From positions 27,900,001 through 27,964,000 of the forward strand of contig NC_043015.1 in the NCBI RefSeq assembly GCF_006345805.1: DNA of 64,000 bases, in the 5' to 3' direction. A program made the translations under genes and the position numbers. The notes under the pieces were generated by a model. It was not told the origin of the DNA. It worked only from the letters and a program-made list of their open reading frames with translations, and did no database searches. Source of the stretch: Octopus sinensis. Taxonomy: Eukaryota. Below, one piece after another: positions 1-11,233 of the stretch; within the stretch, counting starts at the first letter, position 1, and the number at the start of each line of letters is the position of its first letter.

Positions 1-59
1 AGCATTACAATTTATTGACATAAACAGTTTTTCACTCATCATACGCATAAAGAGAAATA

Positions 60-255
60 TGCTTAGAGAGAAGGGAGAGATAGGAGAGGGAGAGAGATAG
101 GAGAGAGATGAGAGAGAGAGAGGGGTTGAGTGAGAGAGAAGCATTACAATTTATTGACAAACAGAAAGATGGGAGGAGGAAGGAGAGGGAATGAGATAGA
201 GGAGAGGGAGAGGGAGGGAGAGAGAGAGGGAGGGAGAGAGGGAAGGAACTGAGGG
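60..255. repeat. GA/GGA-rich polypurine microsatellite
   Basis: Near-continuous (GA)n/(GGA)n. A 20-bp word (agcattacaatttattgaca) occurs at 1-20 and again at 140-159. Confidence 0.9.
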
Positions 256-262
256 ATGTATT

Positions 263-606
263 CACTCGTTCGACTGTGGCCATGCTGGGGCACCATATTG
301 AAGAATTTTTAGTCAAATGAATCAATCCCTTGTTTTTTCTTTTAGCCTGGTAGTTATTCCATTGGTCTCTTTTGTTGAACCACTAGGTTACAGGGACATA
401 AATACACCAATAGCAGTTGTCAAGCAGTGGTGGAAGACAAACACAGACACATACACACATTCAATGAGCTTCTTACAGTTTCTGTCTCCCAAATCCACTC
501 ACAAGGCTTTGGTTGGCCCAAGGCTACAGAAGACACTTATGCAAGATGCCACATAGTGGGACCGAACCTGGAATCATGTGGTTGGATGCAAGCTTCTTAC
601 CACAAG
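263..606 (-). mobile_element. SINE-A (tRNA/CORE-like head, CR1/L2-type tail), degenerate copy
   Basis: Diverged match to the family consensus seen about 25 times in the window; the head is truncated where the SINE-B array begins. Confidence 0.75.
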
Positions 607-611
607 GCTAT

Positions 612-1566
612 GGCAGAAGCGTTAGCACGCCGGGCGAAATGCATAGCCGTATTACGTCTGCCGTTACGTTCTGAGTTCAAATTCCGCCAAGGTTGACTTT
701 GCCTTTCATCCTTTCGGGGTCGATAAATTAAGTACCAGTAACACACTGGGATCGATATAATCGACTTAATCCGTTTGTCTGTCCTTGTTTATCCCCTCTG
801 TGTTTAGCCCTTTGTGGGTAGTAAAGAAATAGGTATTTCGTCAGCCGTTACGTTCTGAGTTCAAATTCCGCCGAGGTCGACTTTACCTTTCATCCTTTCG
901 GGGTCGATAAATTAAGTACCAGCAACACACTGGGGTCGATATAATCGACTTAATCCGTTTGTCTGTCCTTGTTTGTCCTCTCTGTGTTTAGCCCCTTGTG
1001 GGCAGTAAAGAAATAGGTATTTCGTCTGCCGTTACGTTCTGAGTTCAAATTCCGCCGAGGTCGACTTTACCTTTCATCCTTTCGGGGTCGATAAATTAAG
1101 TACCAGCAACACACTGGGGTCGATATAATCGACTTAATCCGTTTGTCTGTCCTTGTTTGTCCTCTCTGTGTTTAGCCCCTTGTGGGCAGTAAAGAAATAG
1201 GTATTTCGTCTGCCGTTATGTTCTGAGTTTAAATTCCGCCGAGGTCGACTTTGCCTTTCATCCTTTCGGGGTCGATAAATTAAGTACCAGCAACACACTG
1301 GGGTCGATATAATCGACTTAATCCGTTTGTCTGTCCTTGTTTGTCCTCTCTGTGTTTAGCCCCTTGTGGGCAGTAAAGAAATAGGTATTTCGTCTGCCGT
1401 TATGTTCTGAGTTTAAATTCCGCCAAGGTCGACTTTGCCTTTCATCCTTTCGGGGTCGATAAATTAAATACCAGTAACGCACTGAGGTCGATATAATCGA
1501 CTTAATCCGTTTGTCTGTCCTTGTTTGTCCCCTCTGTGTGTAGCCCCTTGTGGGTAGTAAAGAAAG
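612..1566 (+). mobile_element. SINE-B head followed by five tandem 184-bp body units
   Basis: Head tggcagaagcgttagcacgccgggcgaaatg. Units start at 649, 833, 1017, 1201 and 1385 (exact 184-bp period). Each unit has a B-box-like gagttc/tttaaattcc. Confidence 0.95.
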
Positions 1567-2632
1567 GTATTGTGTATTTTGTTGTTTTGGCACCTAAACT
1601 ATTATTATGCATGCCCCCACCACACACATACCACCCCCCTATACCTTTGTTTTCCTTTTTTCCCCCCATTTTTATGTGTTTTTTAGTTCAGAAGGATATC
1701 CATATTTTATGCATGCTTGCATTGATTAATACATTTGTGTAGGAAAATAAGAAACTAGTCAATAGCATATCTGCACTTTTCTTAGAATCCATACACTTGC
1801 ATGATCGCTGTAATCTACAGGGAGGTAAAAGACTTGAATAGAGATTACAGCCAACACGCTGAGTGATGCCGAATGCAAGGAGGCTGGCATCGGATTTTGA
1901 TATTTCGCTTTCTATGCATGCACACGGTCACATGTGCTTGTTAGAGTTCAAAAAATTATGCCAGATGAGGAAATATTGATAAGAGTTGAAGCCTCTGAGA
2001 CAGAGAGAAAATACAATCTATCAAATTCATCAGGTGGAATTATTCATAAACCAAGTGTGAAACTCTTAAGATTTGCATTGCAGAGTAACGGTGGCCTTTG
2101 CGCTTCCAACGAGCTCGATATCCTACTATCGTCATGCGATTTCTCTCAACCTGACAACTGTTTGTTTATGAAAGCGTTTATTTACCAACAGTGTTTATGG
2201 AAATTTTGAGAAAGTGCTATGTTGAACACTCTGAGGAATTAAATATCATCGATGCTTAAATAAATAAAAATGGGATAAAATGTTTGCAAAAGACTTCCTT
2301 AAAAAAACCCCAAAAAACCAACAACAAAAAAAAAATGAAAATCAGGTCTTCTTCATATTTTCCATAGAGGAAGCAAGCAAAGAAATTAGATGTAAAATAT
2401 AGAAAAATTGAAGATCTTATCTTTAAAATAATTATTCAATTTATTATTGGTTAACACAGGATTGACAAGAGAGTATATATTTAGAATTTAAAGAGAAACG
2501 TGCAAATTTGAGGAGTATCTATCTTTCCTTGTCTTACACACATACACACACATACATATAAACAGGCAGTTAAATAAATGAATGTGTATGTGCATTCATG
2601 TGTGTGTATGCATGCATGAAGGAAATATAGCT

Positions 2633-3030
2633 AGGTGCAAGAGTGGCTGTGTGGTAAGAAGCTTGCTTCCCAATCACATGGTTCTGGGTTCAGTCCCACT
2701 GTGTGGCAACCTTGGCAAGTGCCTTCTACTATAGTCTTGGGTTGACGAAAACCTTGTGAGTGAATTTGGTAGACAGAAACTGAAAGAAGCCTGTTGTGTG
2801 TGGTGTGTGTATGAATGTATGCGCGTGTGTGTATGTTTGTCCCCACCATTGCTTGACATCCGATGTTGGTGTGTTTATGTCCTCATAACTTAGTGATTCG
2901 GCAAAAGAGACTGATGGAATAAGTACTAGGCTTACAAAGAATAAATCCTGAGGTCGAATTGTTCAACTAAAGGTGGTGCCCCAGCATGGCCACAGTCAAA
3001 TGACTGAAACAAATAAAAGAATAAAAGAAA
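2633..3030 (+). mobile_element. SINE-A full-length copy
   Basis: Head gagtggctgtgtggtaag...gggttcagtccc; CORE-like accttggcaagtg; (GT)n linker; tail ccagcatggccacagtcaaatgactgaaac. Confidence 0.9.
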
Positions 3031-3239
3031 AAAATGTTTTGCTTTATTTAAAACTGTAAATAATAATTGCTTCTAATTTAGGCACCAAGCCAGGGATTTG
3101 AGGGGAAGGCATTGGTCAAGTTACTATGAACACTAGTACATGACTGGGAATTTATTCTATTGACCACAGAAGGATGGTGATTTTTCTGTTTTTGTTACCA
3201 TTTTTACCCCTCTGCAAAAAAATCTCAAATTTTATTTAA

Positions 3240-3470
3240 TTTGATTTTCGCGGGAAGGATTGTTTCATTAAAGTCATGTATCGCCTTGACCTTCGAAACG
3301 TGGAGTAGATGAAATTAAGGTGACTGAAGAAGGGGAATTTTCCTTGTTTTGTATGTCCTGTACTCTATTTTTTCGTTGTTTTAAAAAAATGTTCATTTCC
3401 TTGGTTTTGTGTTTATGTTTTCGTTTCTCATTGTGTTCGATGTTTTTTTGGTGTCTTGTACCCATATATG
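3240..3470 (+). mobile_element. Probable Penelope-like terminal-repeat remnant
   Basis: Contains cgaaacg and ctgaaga hammerhead-core fragments, then a T-rich tract ending at (TA)n. No intact ribozyme fold. Confidence 0.35.
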
Positions 3471-4422
3471 CATGTATATATACATGTAGAGGCTTGTACG
3501 TACATATATGTATGTATATATGCATATGTTTTAGTTATTTATTAATTTATCATATATATTTAAGGCAGGTTACAATCAAATCAACTGCATCCCCACAGAT
3601 TAAATTTTGGTGTAAACTAGTGAAAGCTTAACTATAGGGAAGCCACAAATGATCTCAGGCTAATGACCAGAAACAAATTAACCCAGACCTTTTAAGTGCT
3701 AAATGTTTGAATCACAAGACAACTGATTCTGGAGGGAAGAGTATGAGCAATTTGAAAGTTTGAAGCTAGAATAGATAAACAGAATAAAATGCCAAAATAG
3801 TTAGGATTGTAAATGAAAAAAAAGCTAAGGCCTGTATTCAAAACAAAATCAATGATTACAACTTTATTGATTCAATTAGCAGTTGGGTAATGTAATATTG
3901 TGTAGGGATTGTTAATTGGATGAAGGCAATCGGATCACAGAACACGGAAAGCCTGGAACAATAGTTGTTGATAATGAAAACAATAAATAAATGCTTCTTG
4001 ATCCATACTACTGGATCTTGTAATCTTAATATTACATCCATGCTTCCTAAGAAGCTGGAAGTTTCAAGATTATGAAGAAAGAGAGCAAGAATGATACAAG
4101 TAATTTTGAAAAAAATATAATACTGAGTTCTCGAAAGAAAATAAATGAAAATTATATTTTCCCCCCCAAACAGTTCATGAGAGAAAGAAAGGCTGTTGAC
4201 TGAATGAACTAACATTTATTGTTCCTGAAATTTCTTGAGCTTTACATCATAATATATACAATCTTTAAAGATTCTCTTGGATTGTCTAAACAAACAGATT
4301 AAACAGCAACTTGTTTGGGAAACATTAGGAGTGTTCGTTGTAAGCTGGATACAAATATCACTCTGCAGCCACAACTATTAAGAGATGACTTATTCACTAT
4401 CAAAACAGATGATTAAAAACAA

Positions 4423-4821
4423 TTACTCTTTCACTTGTTTCAGTCATTTGACAGCGGCCATGCTGGAGCACTGCCTTTAGTCAAGCAACTCGACCCCGGG
4501 ACTTATTCTTTGTAAGCCCGGTACTCATTCTATCGGTCTCTTTTGCCGAACCGCTAAGTGACGGGGACATAAACACACCATCATCGGTTGTCAAGCAATG
4601 CTAGGGGGACAAACACCAGACACACAAACATACACGCACACATATATATACATATATACGACGGGCTTCTATCAGTTTCCGTCTACCAAATCCACTCACA
4701 AGGCATTGGTCGGCCCGAGGCTATAGTAGAAGACACTTGCCCAAGGTGCCACGCAGTGGGACTGAACCCGGAACCATGTGGTTGGTAAGCAAGCTACTTA
4801 CCACACAGCCACTCCTGCGCC
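4423..4821 (-). mobile_element. SINE-A full-length copy
   Basis: Reverse-complement match to the consensus from head to tail. Confidence 0.95.
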
Positions 4822-4827
4822 TTGTGT

Positions 4828-5131
4828 ACAATTGCAGCATGGAAGGTGTTTATAAGCCATTTAAGAAACACACAAAACTGTTAGATTCACTTCAACATTT
4901 AAATTTAATTTGTGTCAAAATATTTTCGCCGCTTTGAGACCGTGACCTGTTCACTGACAAAGCTTCGTGCTGCATCTGATATTTCGACAAATTAAATTTA
5001 AATGTTGAAGTGAATCTAACGGGTTTTGTGTGTTTCTTAAATGGCTTATAAACACCTTCCATGCTGCAATTGTTTTCGTTCCAGCACACGATCTCAGATC
5101 AAGTCACTTGCTATGCAAGTACATCTCCGTA
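4828..5131. mobile_element. Penelope-like repeat in inverted configuration (two opposed partial copies)
   Basis: 4828-4912 and 4986-5072 are a near-perfect ~85-bp inverted repeat. The same family occurs at 61538-61742. It carries a hammerhead-like motif. Confidence 0.7.
4913..4959 (-). ncRNA. Hammerhead ribozyme-like motif, G3-C8 core variant (mutated copy)
   Basis: Minus strand reads tgtca-GTGAACA-g-gtcac ggtctcaaa gcggc-GAAA-atattt-tgaca. Helix I is 5 bp; helix II has one mismatch and one wobble. Confidence 0.5.
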
Positions 5132-5454
5132 AAACAATCGTGTAATAATACGAAAATTCTTTGTCTGGATTAAAATACACTTTGAGAATTTAGGTCAAGG
5201 TAAAAAAAAAAAAAAAGGAGCTACATTGGAAACTAAGTGGTCATCATCCATATCCATCTGCATGTATGAAAGAGAGAGGGGTAAATGGGATGTGGAAGGA
5301 AAGAAAAGCTTGTATGATGAGCATGTAGAAAGAAGCCTAGATTAAAAGAGGGCAAGGTAAAAATAATACTAGATTTACACTTAATATCGAAGCAAAATAG
5401 GTTAATCTGGTAGACGTTATTTATCAGAATTAAATCAATAACATTTTATCCCTT

Positions 5455-5520
5455 TTAGTCTGTCGGTTCTGTGTGTGTTAAGATGAGTCTCCTTTGAACT
5501 GAGGTGACTGCTACTGTAAC
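5455..5520 (-). CDS. Candidate last coding exon of the minus-strand gene (VTVAVTSVQRRLILTHTEPTD*)
   Basis: Acceptor atgttacag|G; phase 0 matches the upstream exon donor; resembles recalled vezatin VHTAVRSLQLHL (inference only). Confidence 0.35.
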   Translation of the reverse strand, partial: VTVAVTSVQRRLILTHTEPTD

Positions 5521-6002
5521 CTGTAACATATGATTTCCTATACCGAGAGAGATCAGCTTTAAATCTGATAGTTAATTAGATTTGATGCTTCTTCCTCAAG
5601 GCCCCTCCCCGCCCCAAAAAACCCTTAGAGAGTAGCATTAAAGTGACTTCTGAAAATGAAACAGTTCTATTTATTAGTTTGGGGATGTAAAGCCAGAAGG
5701 TAAATAATAGATGAAGGAGATAACAATGGTAAGACCGAAACTCAAAGCTTTAATAATTTGGAATACCAACAAGTAAATAATACTTTGTAACCATCTCTTC
5801 AAGTTTTGGGAGTTTAATGAAACTGAATAGCATTTTCATTTAGAAGAGATAAGGCACTGAAGGTATGTTTGTTGTCAGATTCTGTAGGTGAAGCTGGAGG
5901 GTAAACTACAATACCAATTTCAATTCTTTAATTAATTGTACTTCTGCCATGCACATATGGCTGTTCCCTCCTTCTCTCTTGCTCTCTCTCTCTCTCCCTA
6001 TA

Positions 6003-6219
6003 TACAAAGGAATTCTTAAAAGTTCTTGGCATTGAGTAAAAGAAAATACAGGAGGATCAGTTAATTATGATTTTATTCAACATATTCCCCTCTCAGATTC
6101 ACACACTTATTGCAGGGGTCCTTCAGTTTTTTTAAGCCTTGTAAAAGAACTCAAGTTGGGTTGCCAAACAGGCCGTTGGTGATACCCTTAAAACAAGGAA
6201 TTTTTCAGCACCCCTCATA
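6003..6219. mobile_element. Tc1/mariner-type MITE, degenerate
   Basis: Right end ttttcagcacccctcata and left end tacaaaggaattcttaaaagttc resemble TACGAGGGG..GAAAAGT mariner-type TIRs; TA flanks. Confidence 0.5.
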
Positions 6220-6301
6220 TACGTGTGTGTACACACAAGCACATAAATGCAAAGCAAGGTGGAAAAAATAGTACTTGAATATCCAAGACGGAATATGATG
6301 T

Positions 6302-6438
6302 TTTTTTATTAAAGCTGAAAATAATCTTCACAAACTGTTACTCAGAGTATCATGGGACCATTTGTTGGAAGTACGACAAACAGTAACTTGAAACTCTGAA
6401 TAACGATTTGTGAAGATTTTTTTCAGCTTTAATAAAAA
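6302..6438. repeat. ~47-bp imperfect inverted repeat, probable degenerate Penelope-like inverted pair
   Basis: ttttttattaaagctgaaaataatcttcacaaactgttactcagagt is mirrored at 6393-6438; adjacent to (TA)n. Confidence 0.6.
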
Positions 6439-6449
6439 TGCTTATATAT

Positions 6450-6492
6450 GCATGGCCACAGCTCGTGAGCTGAAACTAGATGAAAATGAAAA
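6450..6492 (+). mobile_element. Isolated 3' terminus of CR1/L2-type LINE
   Basis: gcatggccacagctcgtgagctgaaactaga is identical to the LINE 3' end at ~60633-60663. Confidence 0.8.
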
Positions 6493-6494
6493 TA

Positions 6495-6535
6495 TATATA
6501 TAATATATATATATACATACATACTCACACACACA

Positions 6536-6567
<32 letters not shown>

Positions 6568-6642
6568 GGATGTGAATTAGAATTCACTAGAATCTCAATT
6601 ACTTAACCGTATATATATATATATATACATACTCACACACAC

Positions 6643-6699
<57 letters not shown>

Positions 6700-6810
6700 C
6701 TCACACACACATAAAAAATATATATATATATATATATAAACACACACACAAACACATATATACATATACAGAGATAGATAGATAAATAGATAGGTAGGTA
6801 GGTAGGTAGG
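6495..6810. repeat. Compound (TA)n/(CA)n/(GATA)/(GGTA) microsatellite
   Basis: The module atacatactcacacacac is repeated three times inside the TA runs. Confidence 0.9.
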
Positions 6811-7562
6811 TAGGAATGTAGAAAGAGGGAGATCAGACAGGGATACAAAAAAAAAAGAGGAAAAAGAAGTAATGAGAAGAAGGACAAGACATATGGAGAA
6901 AAGAGGAAAGGGAGAAGTGAAAAAAAAAAAGAAAAAGATGAGGGGAGAAATTATTGTGGAGAGACAGCGTGGAGAGTAAATGAAAGAGAGAAATACAAAA
7001 AGGAGAAAGATTTTTTGTTCGAGTTATCTGTTTTTGTAAGGTTTAGGTATAAAGTGATTCTGCTAAATAATTCAAACATATTACACAAGTGTAACATTAA
7101 CAGCCATTATGAAGGTGAGAACAGATCTAAATTTCATTGGAGATGGTTAATAGTTTAGAGGGCAAAATAGTGTTAAGATAGTTTAGAATCTGTTCATTTT
7201 TCTTATTTTTTTGGTCATTTAGTTGTGAAGACATATAAAATAGTTCAAAAATCTTGTTTGCAAAAAATTAAAAAAAAGTCCAAAATATCAGTACTTGATG
7301 TGCTTATAACTTGCTCTAACTATTTCTTTTATGCCTTTGACAGGGCTGATAATTTTTTTGGATAATTTGTTGTTATATTCGAAGAACCAAAAGCCGGACT
7401 AAGAAAGAGCATCAGGATCACCTTGACGGTATGTGCCAAAGACAACTCCCGAAGGAGCAAAAACATTACATGTTCACTTGACACATCCACCCATCTGTAT
7501 TTATTGTTGCTCAATAGAGGACAGGCCTTGCAGGCCACAGCTACTGTGCTGAGCAACAGGCC

Positions 7563-8045
7563 ATATCATCATCATCATCATCGTTTAACGTCCGCTTTCC
7601 ATGCTAGCATGGGTTGGACGGTTCAACTGGGGTCTGGGAAGCCAGAAGGCTGCACCAGGCTCCAGTCTGATCTGGCAGTGTTTCTACAGCTGGATGCCCT
7701 TCCTAACGCCAACCACTCCGTGAGTGTAGTGGGTGCTTTTCATGTGCCACCGATACAGGTGCCAGACGAGGCTGGCGAACGGCCACGCTCGGATGGTGTT
7801 TTTTATGTGCCATTGACACAGGTGCCAGATGAGGCTGGCAAATGGCCACACTCGGATGGTGTTTTTTACGTGCCATCGGCACGGAGGCCAGGCGAGGCTG
7901 GCACGGCCACGATCGGATGGTGTTTGTTACGTGCCCACAGCACGGAGGCCAGTCGATGCAGTACTGGCTACGGCCATGTTCGGATGATTTTCTTATGTGC
8001 CACCGGCACTGGTACCACAAAAATACAAATTCCATTGATGTTCGA
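7563..8045 (-). mobile_element. RTE LINE 3' UTR fragment with five internal ~62-bp modules
   Basis: (CAT)n tail plus cgtttaacgtccgc, the reverse complement of the RTE end at 56700-56788. Confidence 0.9.
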
Positions 8046-8647
8046 CGTTATATTTTTGAGGCTTCTACAACCTACAAGAAGACCACGCAACTACATAGTG
8101 TTACTGGCATAGTGTTACACAACACGAAAGTGAGGACCTGTCAAGGCTAATGGGAAACAAAGATTCCGGGAAGGGTTATAGTGGAATGCATCTTGGCTGT
8201 GACAGTTTGAAGAAGATATTGCTTGAGGAGTGCAGTGAATTAAGATGGAAAATGTCAAGTAATATTAAAACTTAATGAATGAATAAATTAGTTTTGCATG
8301 GGAACAAGTAATAAAATTATCTACGTAACATCACATAGTGTTTTCCCTTTACTCTCATGCTTTGCTTTAACCCTTTTGATGCAGGCTTATGATCAAAGAT
8401 GCTCAAGGCAAGACCATTCCATCTTTTGTTCAGGCAACTACTAATAAGACTACATTATCCATTTACAATCAAAAACTAAAATTTCAACTAAAATAAAGTT
8501 TTCATTCAACAAATTATAAACAATTATATAAAATATTTCAAATGACTTCTTTATTATCTTCACAAAGTTATCTCCCCTGAAAGAAGCGCGAAAAGTCACA
8601 TGACAACTCAGCCGGTGGTGCCAAGGGACAGACAGTTAAAGTATTAC

Positions 8648-8746
8648 GTCTGTGAATGTACTTGCAGAATGGAAACTGAGCTGAAGAGCCAGCTCTGCCT
8701 GTGTATGCAAGGTCATGCAAGATTCAATGAAGTGATTGACACTCTT
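8648..8746 (-). CDS. Candidate exon (KSVNHFIESCMTLHTQAELALQLSFHSASTFTD)
   Basis: Strong acceptor gattgttccttcttgtcag; only one open frame; donor GAC|gtaata; 99 nt, phase 0-0. Confidence 0.5.
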
Positions 8747-8832
8747 CTGACAAGAAGGAACAATCAGCAAATATACACGTCTTTTACTTGTTTCAGTTAT
8801 TAGACTTGTACCCTGCTAGGGCTCCATCTTAA

Positions 8833-9053
8833 CCCTTTCGTTACTGTATTTATTTTGAGATGCTCTGTGTTTCTTTCAATTTCTTTAAATATAACAAAGA
8901 ATTTAGTAAAATAACTTAATTATCATTCAACTATTGTTAAGAACATAAATTGTGACTAAGGTTTGGTGGAAGATTTTAATCCAAAACTTATGAAAACAAG
9001 ACATCTGTACTACAAAGCCAGAGCCGGTTTCAGCCGGGTTGGTAACGAAAGGG
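8833..9053. mobile_element. piggyBac-type MITE family 1 (221 bp)
   Basis: TTAA on both sides; perfect 12-bp TIR ccctttcgttac/gtaacgaaaggg; second copy at 43456-43676. Confidence 0.9.
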
Positions 9054-10050
9054 TTAATTTGATTATGATGAGATAGGGCATGAAATATTTCCTGCTGCCA
9101 AAAGAGCGTTTTGCAGCTATTGGTTTATATCAACTAAGGTCACTCTGACCAGATAAAACAGAGCCTGCCAAAAAAAAATTATTTTTCTACACAATATATT
9201 GTAAATAATTTTTAAATATCACAATAAATAATATTTGGACTATCTCTCTTAAAAAGGAGTTTATATTAATTCATTTAAAACTTAACCATTTCAGATGCCA
9301 TTAAAATGCTAACGGGATACATATGTATTGTTTCAAAATGGGAACTAATGTGCCATTATGCATTGTTTCCTTGGCAACCAGCAGATACCGAAAAACAATC
9401 AATTACCAAAGAATATATATGATAAGGGATTCCTTTAATAACGTACTGGAACATGACATTAGTTCCATTTGAAAACAGCCAGCAGCAATTGAAGCGATAT
9501 TTAAATTAAATAAAATAATAACAGGTTCTACAAAAACATTTTGAAATAATTTTTAATTTTCTACTAAATCAATATTAAAATTTTATTTAAATTCTTTATT
9601 ACTTAAAAATGATCTGCACTATGTACAATAAAAATTATACATGACTGAATTCATGTTGAGCTGAAAATACCTGACAATCAATTAAGCCAATAAGGGAAAG
9701 AAGATAACAAAAAAAAAAAAAAAAATGGTCTTCAAAGTATGCTTTCATATTCTTGTGAAAATAGTGATTTCTTAAAAAGAGGAAGATGAACAAGTTTAAT
9801 TACAAAATAGATACGAAGACAGAAGCCCCACTTTTATTTATATAGCTTTAGGAATATTTTTCTAAAAATACATTATTAAAATATCACATTCAGTTCTTAT
9901 GAACAGGTAAATGCTAAATGAGCCAGTTTCTGTGTAGTTCTAAACAAGTAGAAAGAAGGGAAATCTTTCACAAGGAACTTCCTTCAAAACAGGCACTAGA
10001 TATTTTGGTTCCTATATTTTAGATAAGCTTACTCACTATAAAGACATTAC

Positions 10051-10168
10051 TGTGTGTACCCTGATCCAAATGCTAGGAATGATGTAATGTAGATGCAGTG
10101 TTTTTGATAGGACGTTGTTACTCAAATGTAATGACATTTCCATAAACAAGGAACTCCACAAGAAAAAT
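10051..10168 (-). CDS. Candidate exon (FFLWSSLFMEMSLHL...IWIRVHT)
   Basis: 118-nt open frame, phase 2-0, joins the neighbouring candidate exons. Acceptor is weak; alternative donors at 10060 and 10037. Confidence 0.3.
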
Positions 10169-10390
10169 CTTACGAGATATACATTTTATACGTGTCTTGT
10201 AGGTGCAGGCATGACTGTAGTTAAGACATGGCACCCTGAGCAAGTGGCTCTCTACTATAGTCCGGGGTTGACCAATGCCTTGTGAATGAATCTGGTAAAA
10301 ATAAAACTATGTGGAAGCCCATCATGTGTGTGTGTGTGTATGTGTGTGCGCGCACATATATATATATATATATATATGTATTACATATGT

Positions 10391-10641
10391 TTACGAAGTC
10401 TAGACAGATATCTTCAGCTAGCAGGCCTCTGCTACTCTAGACCGATGATGGGCAAAGACCCTGAAACATGCGTGTCTCTAGATGCAGGCCTAGCTGTTGG
10501 GGGTATTTGTCTCCCTTTGTAAATATATAAGGACACAGGAAATGTGTCGAGGCCGACAGGAAGCGTTGATGCTTCCTAGGACTAAACAGCGGTGGTGTAG
10601 TTCCCTCACTGTCAAGTTAAGTTGACAGTATACAACCACTG

Positions 10642-10645
<4 letters not shown>
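10391..10645 (+). mobile_element. ~250-bp highly structured element between microsatellites (retrozyme/Penelope-like)
   Basis: GC-richer island with a hammerhead plus hairpins gacaca/tgtgtc, aggaagc/gcttcct and ctgtcaa/ttgacag. Confidence 0.55.
10415..10496 (+). ncRNA. Type I hammerhead ribozyme-like motif with extended helix I
   Basis: tctaga-CCGATGA-t-ggg caaaga ccc-t-GAA-aca tgcg tgt-C-tctaga. GUC triplet ends at 10476. Helix I extends via ctgc/gcag, aggc/gcct and cagct/agctg. Confidence 0.65.
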
Positions 10646-10676
<31 letters not shown>

Positions 10677-10849
10677 CAAAATAAGCAACAAGGATATCCA
10701 AGGTAGTGTAGTACAATCGTTTCATGCTACTTCATTTTATTAAACACTGTAAGTATTACATCAGTTTTAAAATGTCGAGTAATCTTCAGCCACATATAGA
10801 ATTTTTTAATTCAACGGACAATGCATCTGAATCTAAATTTTGCTGAAAT

Positions 10850-10898
<49 letters not shown>

Positions 10899-11233
10899 CT
10901 CAAAATATTTAGTCTATAGTAATACCTCAGGAAAAAAATCTCTTTTCTATGAGCCATTTCCTGATGGCAGTTCAAAAAGAAAAGAAAAACTTAAGAGGCC
11001 ATTAACAACCACTCAACTGACCAATTGAAACTGGGAAATAGTTTCATATTTGTATGACATATTAGGTCAGTCGATGGCTAAAAGTAGTCAGTGGCAGGCC
11101 TATCAAAATGCCAATGTCTTGCAGTGTTTTTCTGCAGTTGAAGTTTACAATGGTCAACTTTGTCTTGTGCCAAGCCATGGTTAATGAAATAAATGACAGT
11201 CAAGCGTTGTAGCAAATTAAATCTTGGCAATAC

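Noticed and set aside
649-1566. CRISPR array or retrozyme interpretation of the 184-bp repeats
   Set aside because: No unique spacers; the units are a SINE body. No hammerhead core (CUGANGA/GAAA or the G3-C8 variant) was found on either strand.
4588-4788. Recurrent ORFs containing YDGLLSVSVYQIHSQG...GLNPEPCGW
   Set aside because: Antisense translation of SINE-A, found at many copies; not a gene family.
7344-7427. Plus-strand exon with good acceptor and gtatgt donor
   Set aside because: Stop codons in all three frames; at most non-coding.
7423-8112. 229-aa ORF
   Set aside because: Runs through the antisense of an RTE 3' UTR; the same peptide words recur at every copy.
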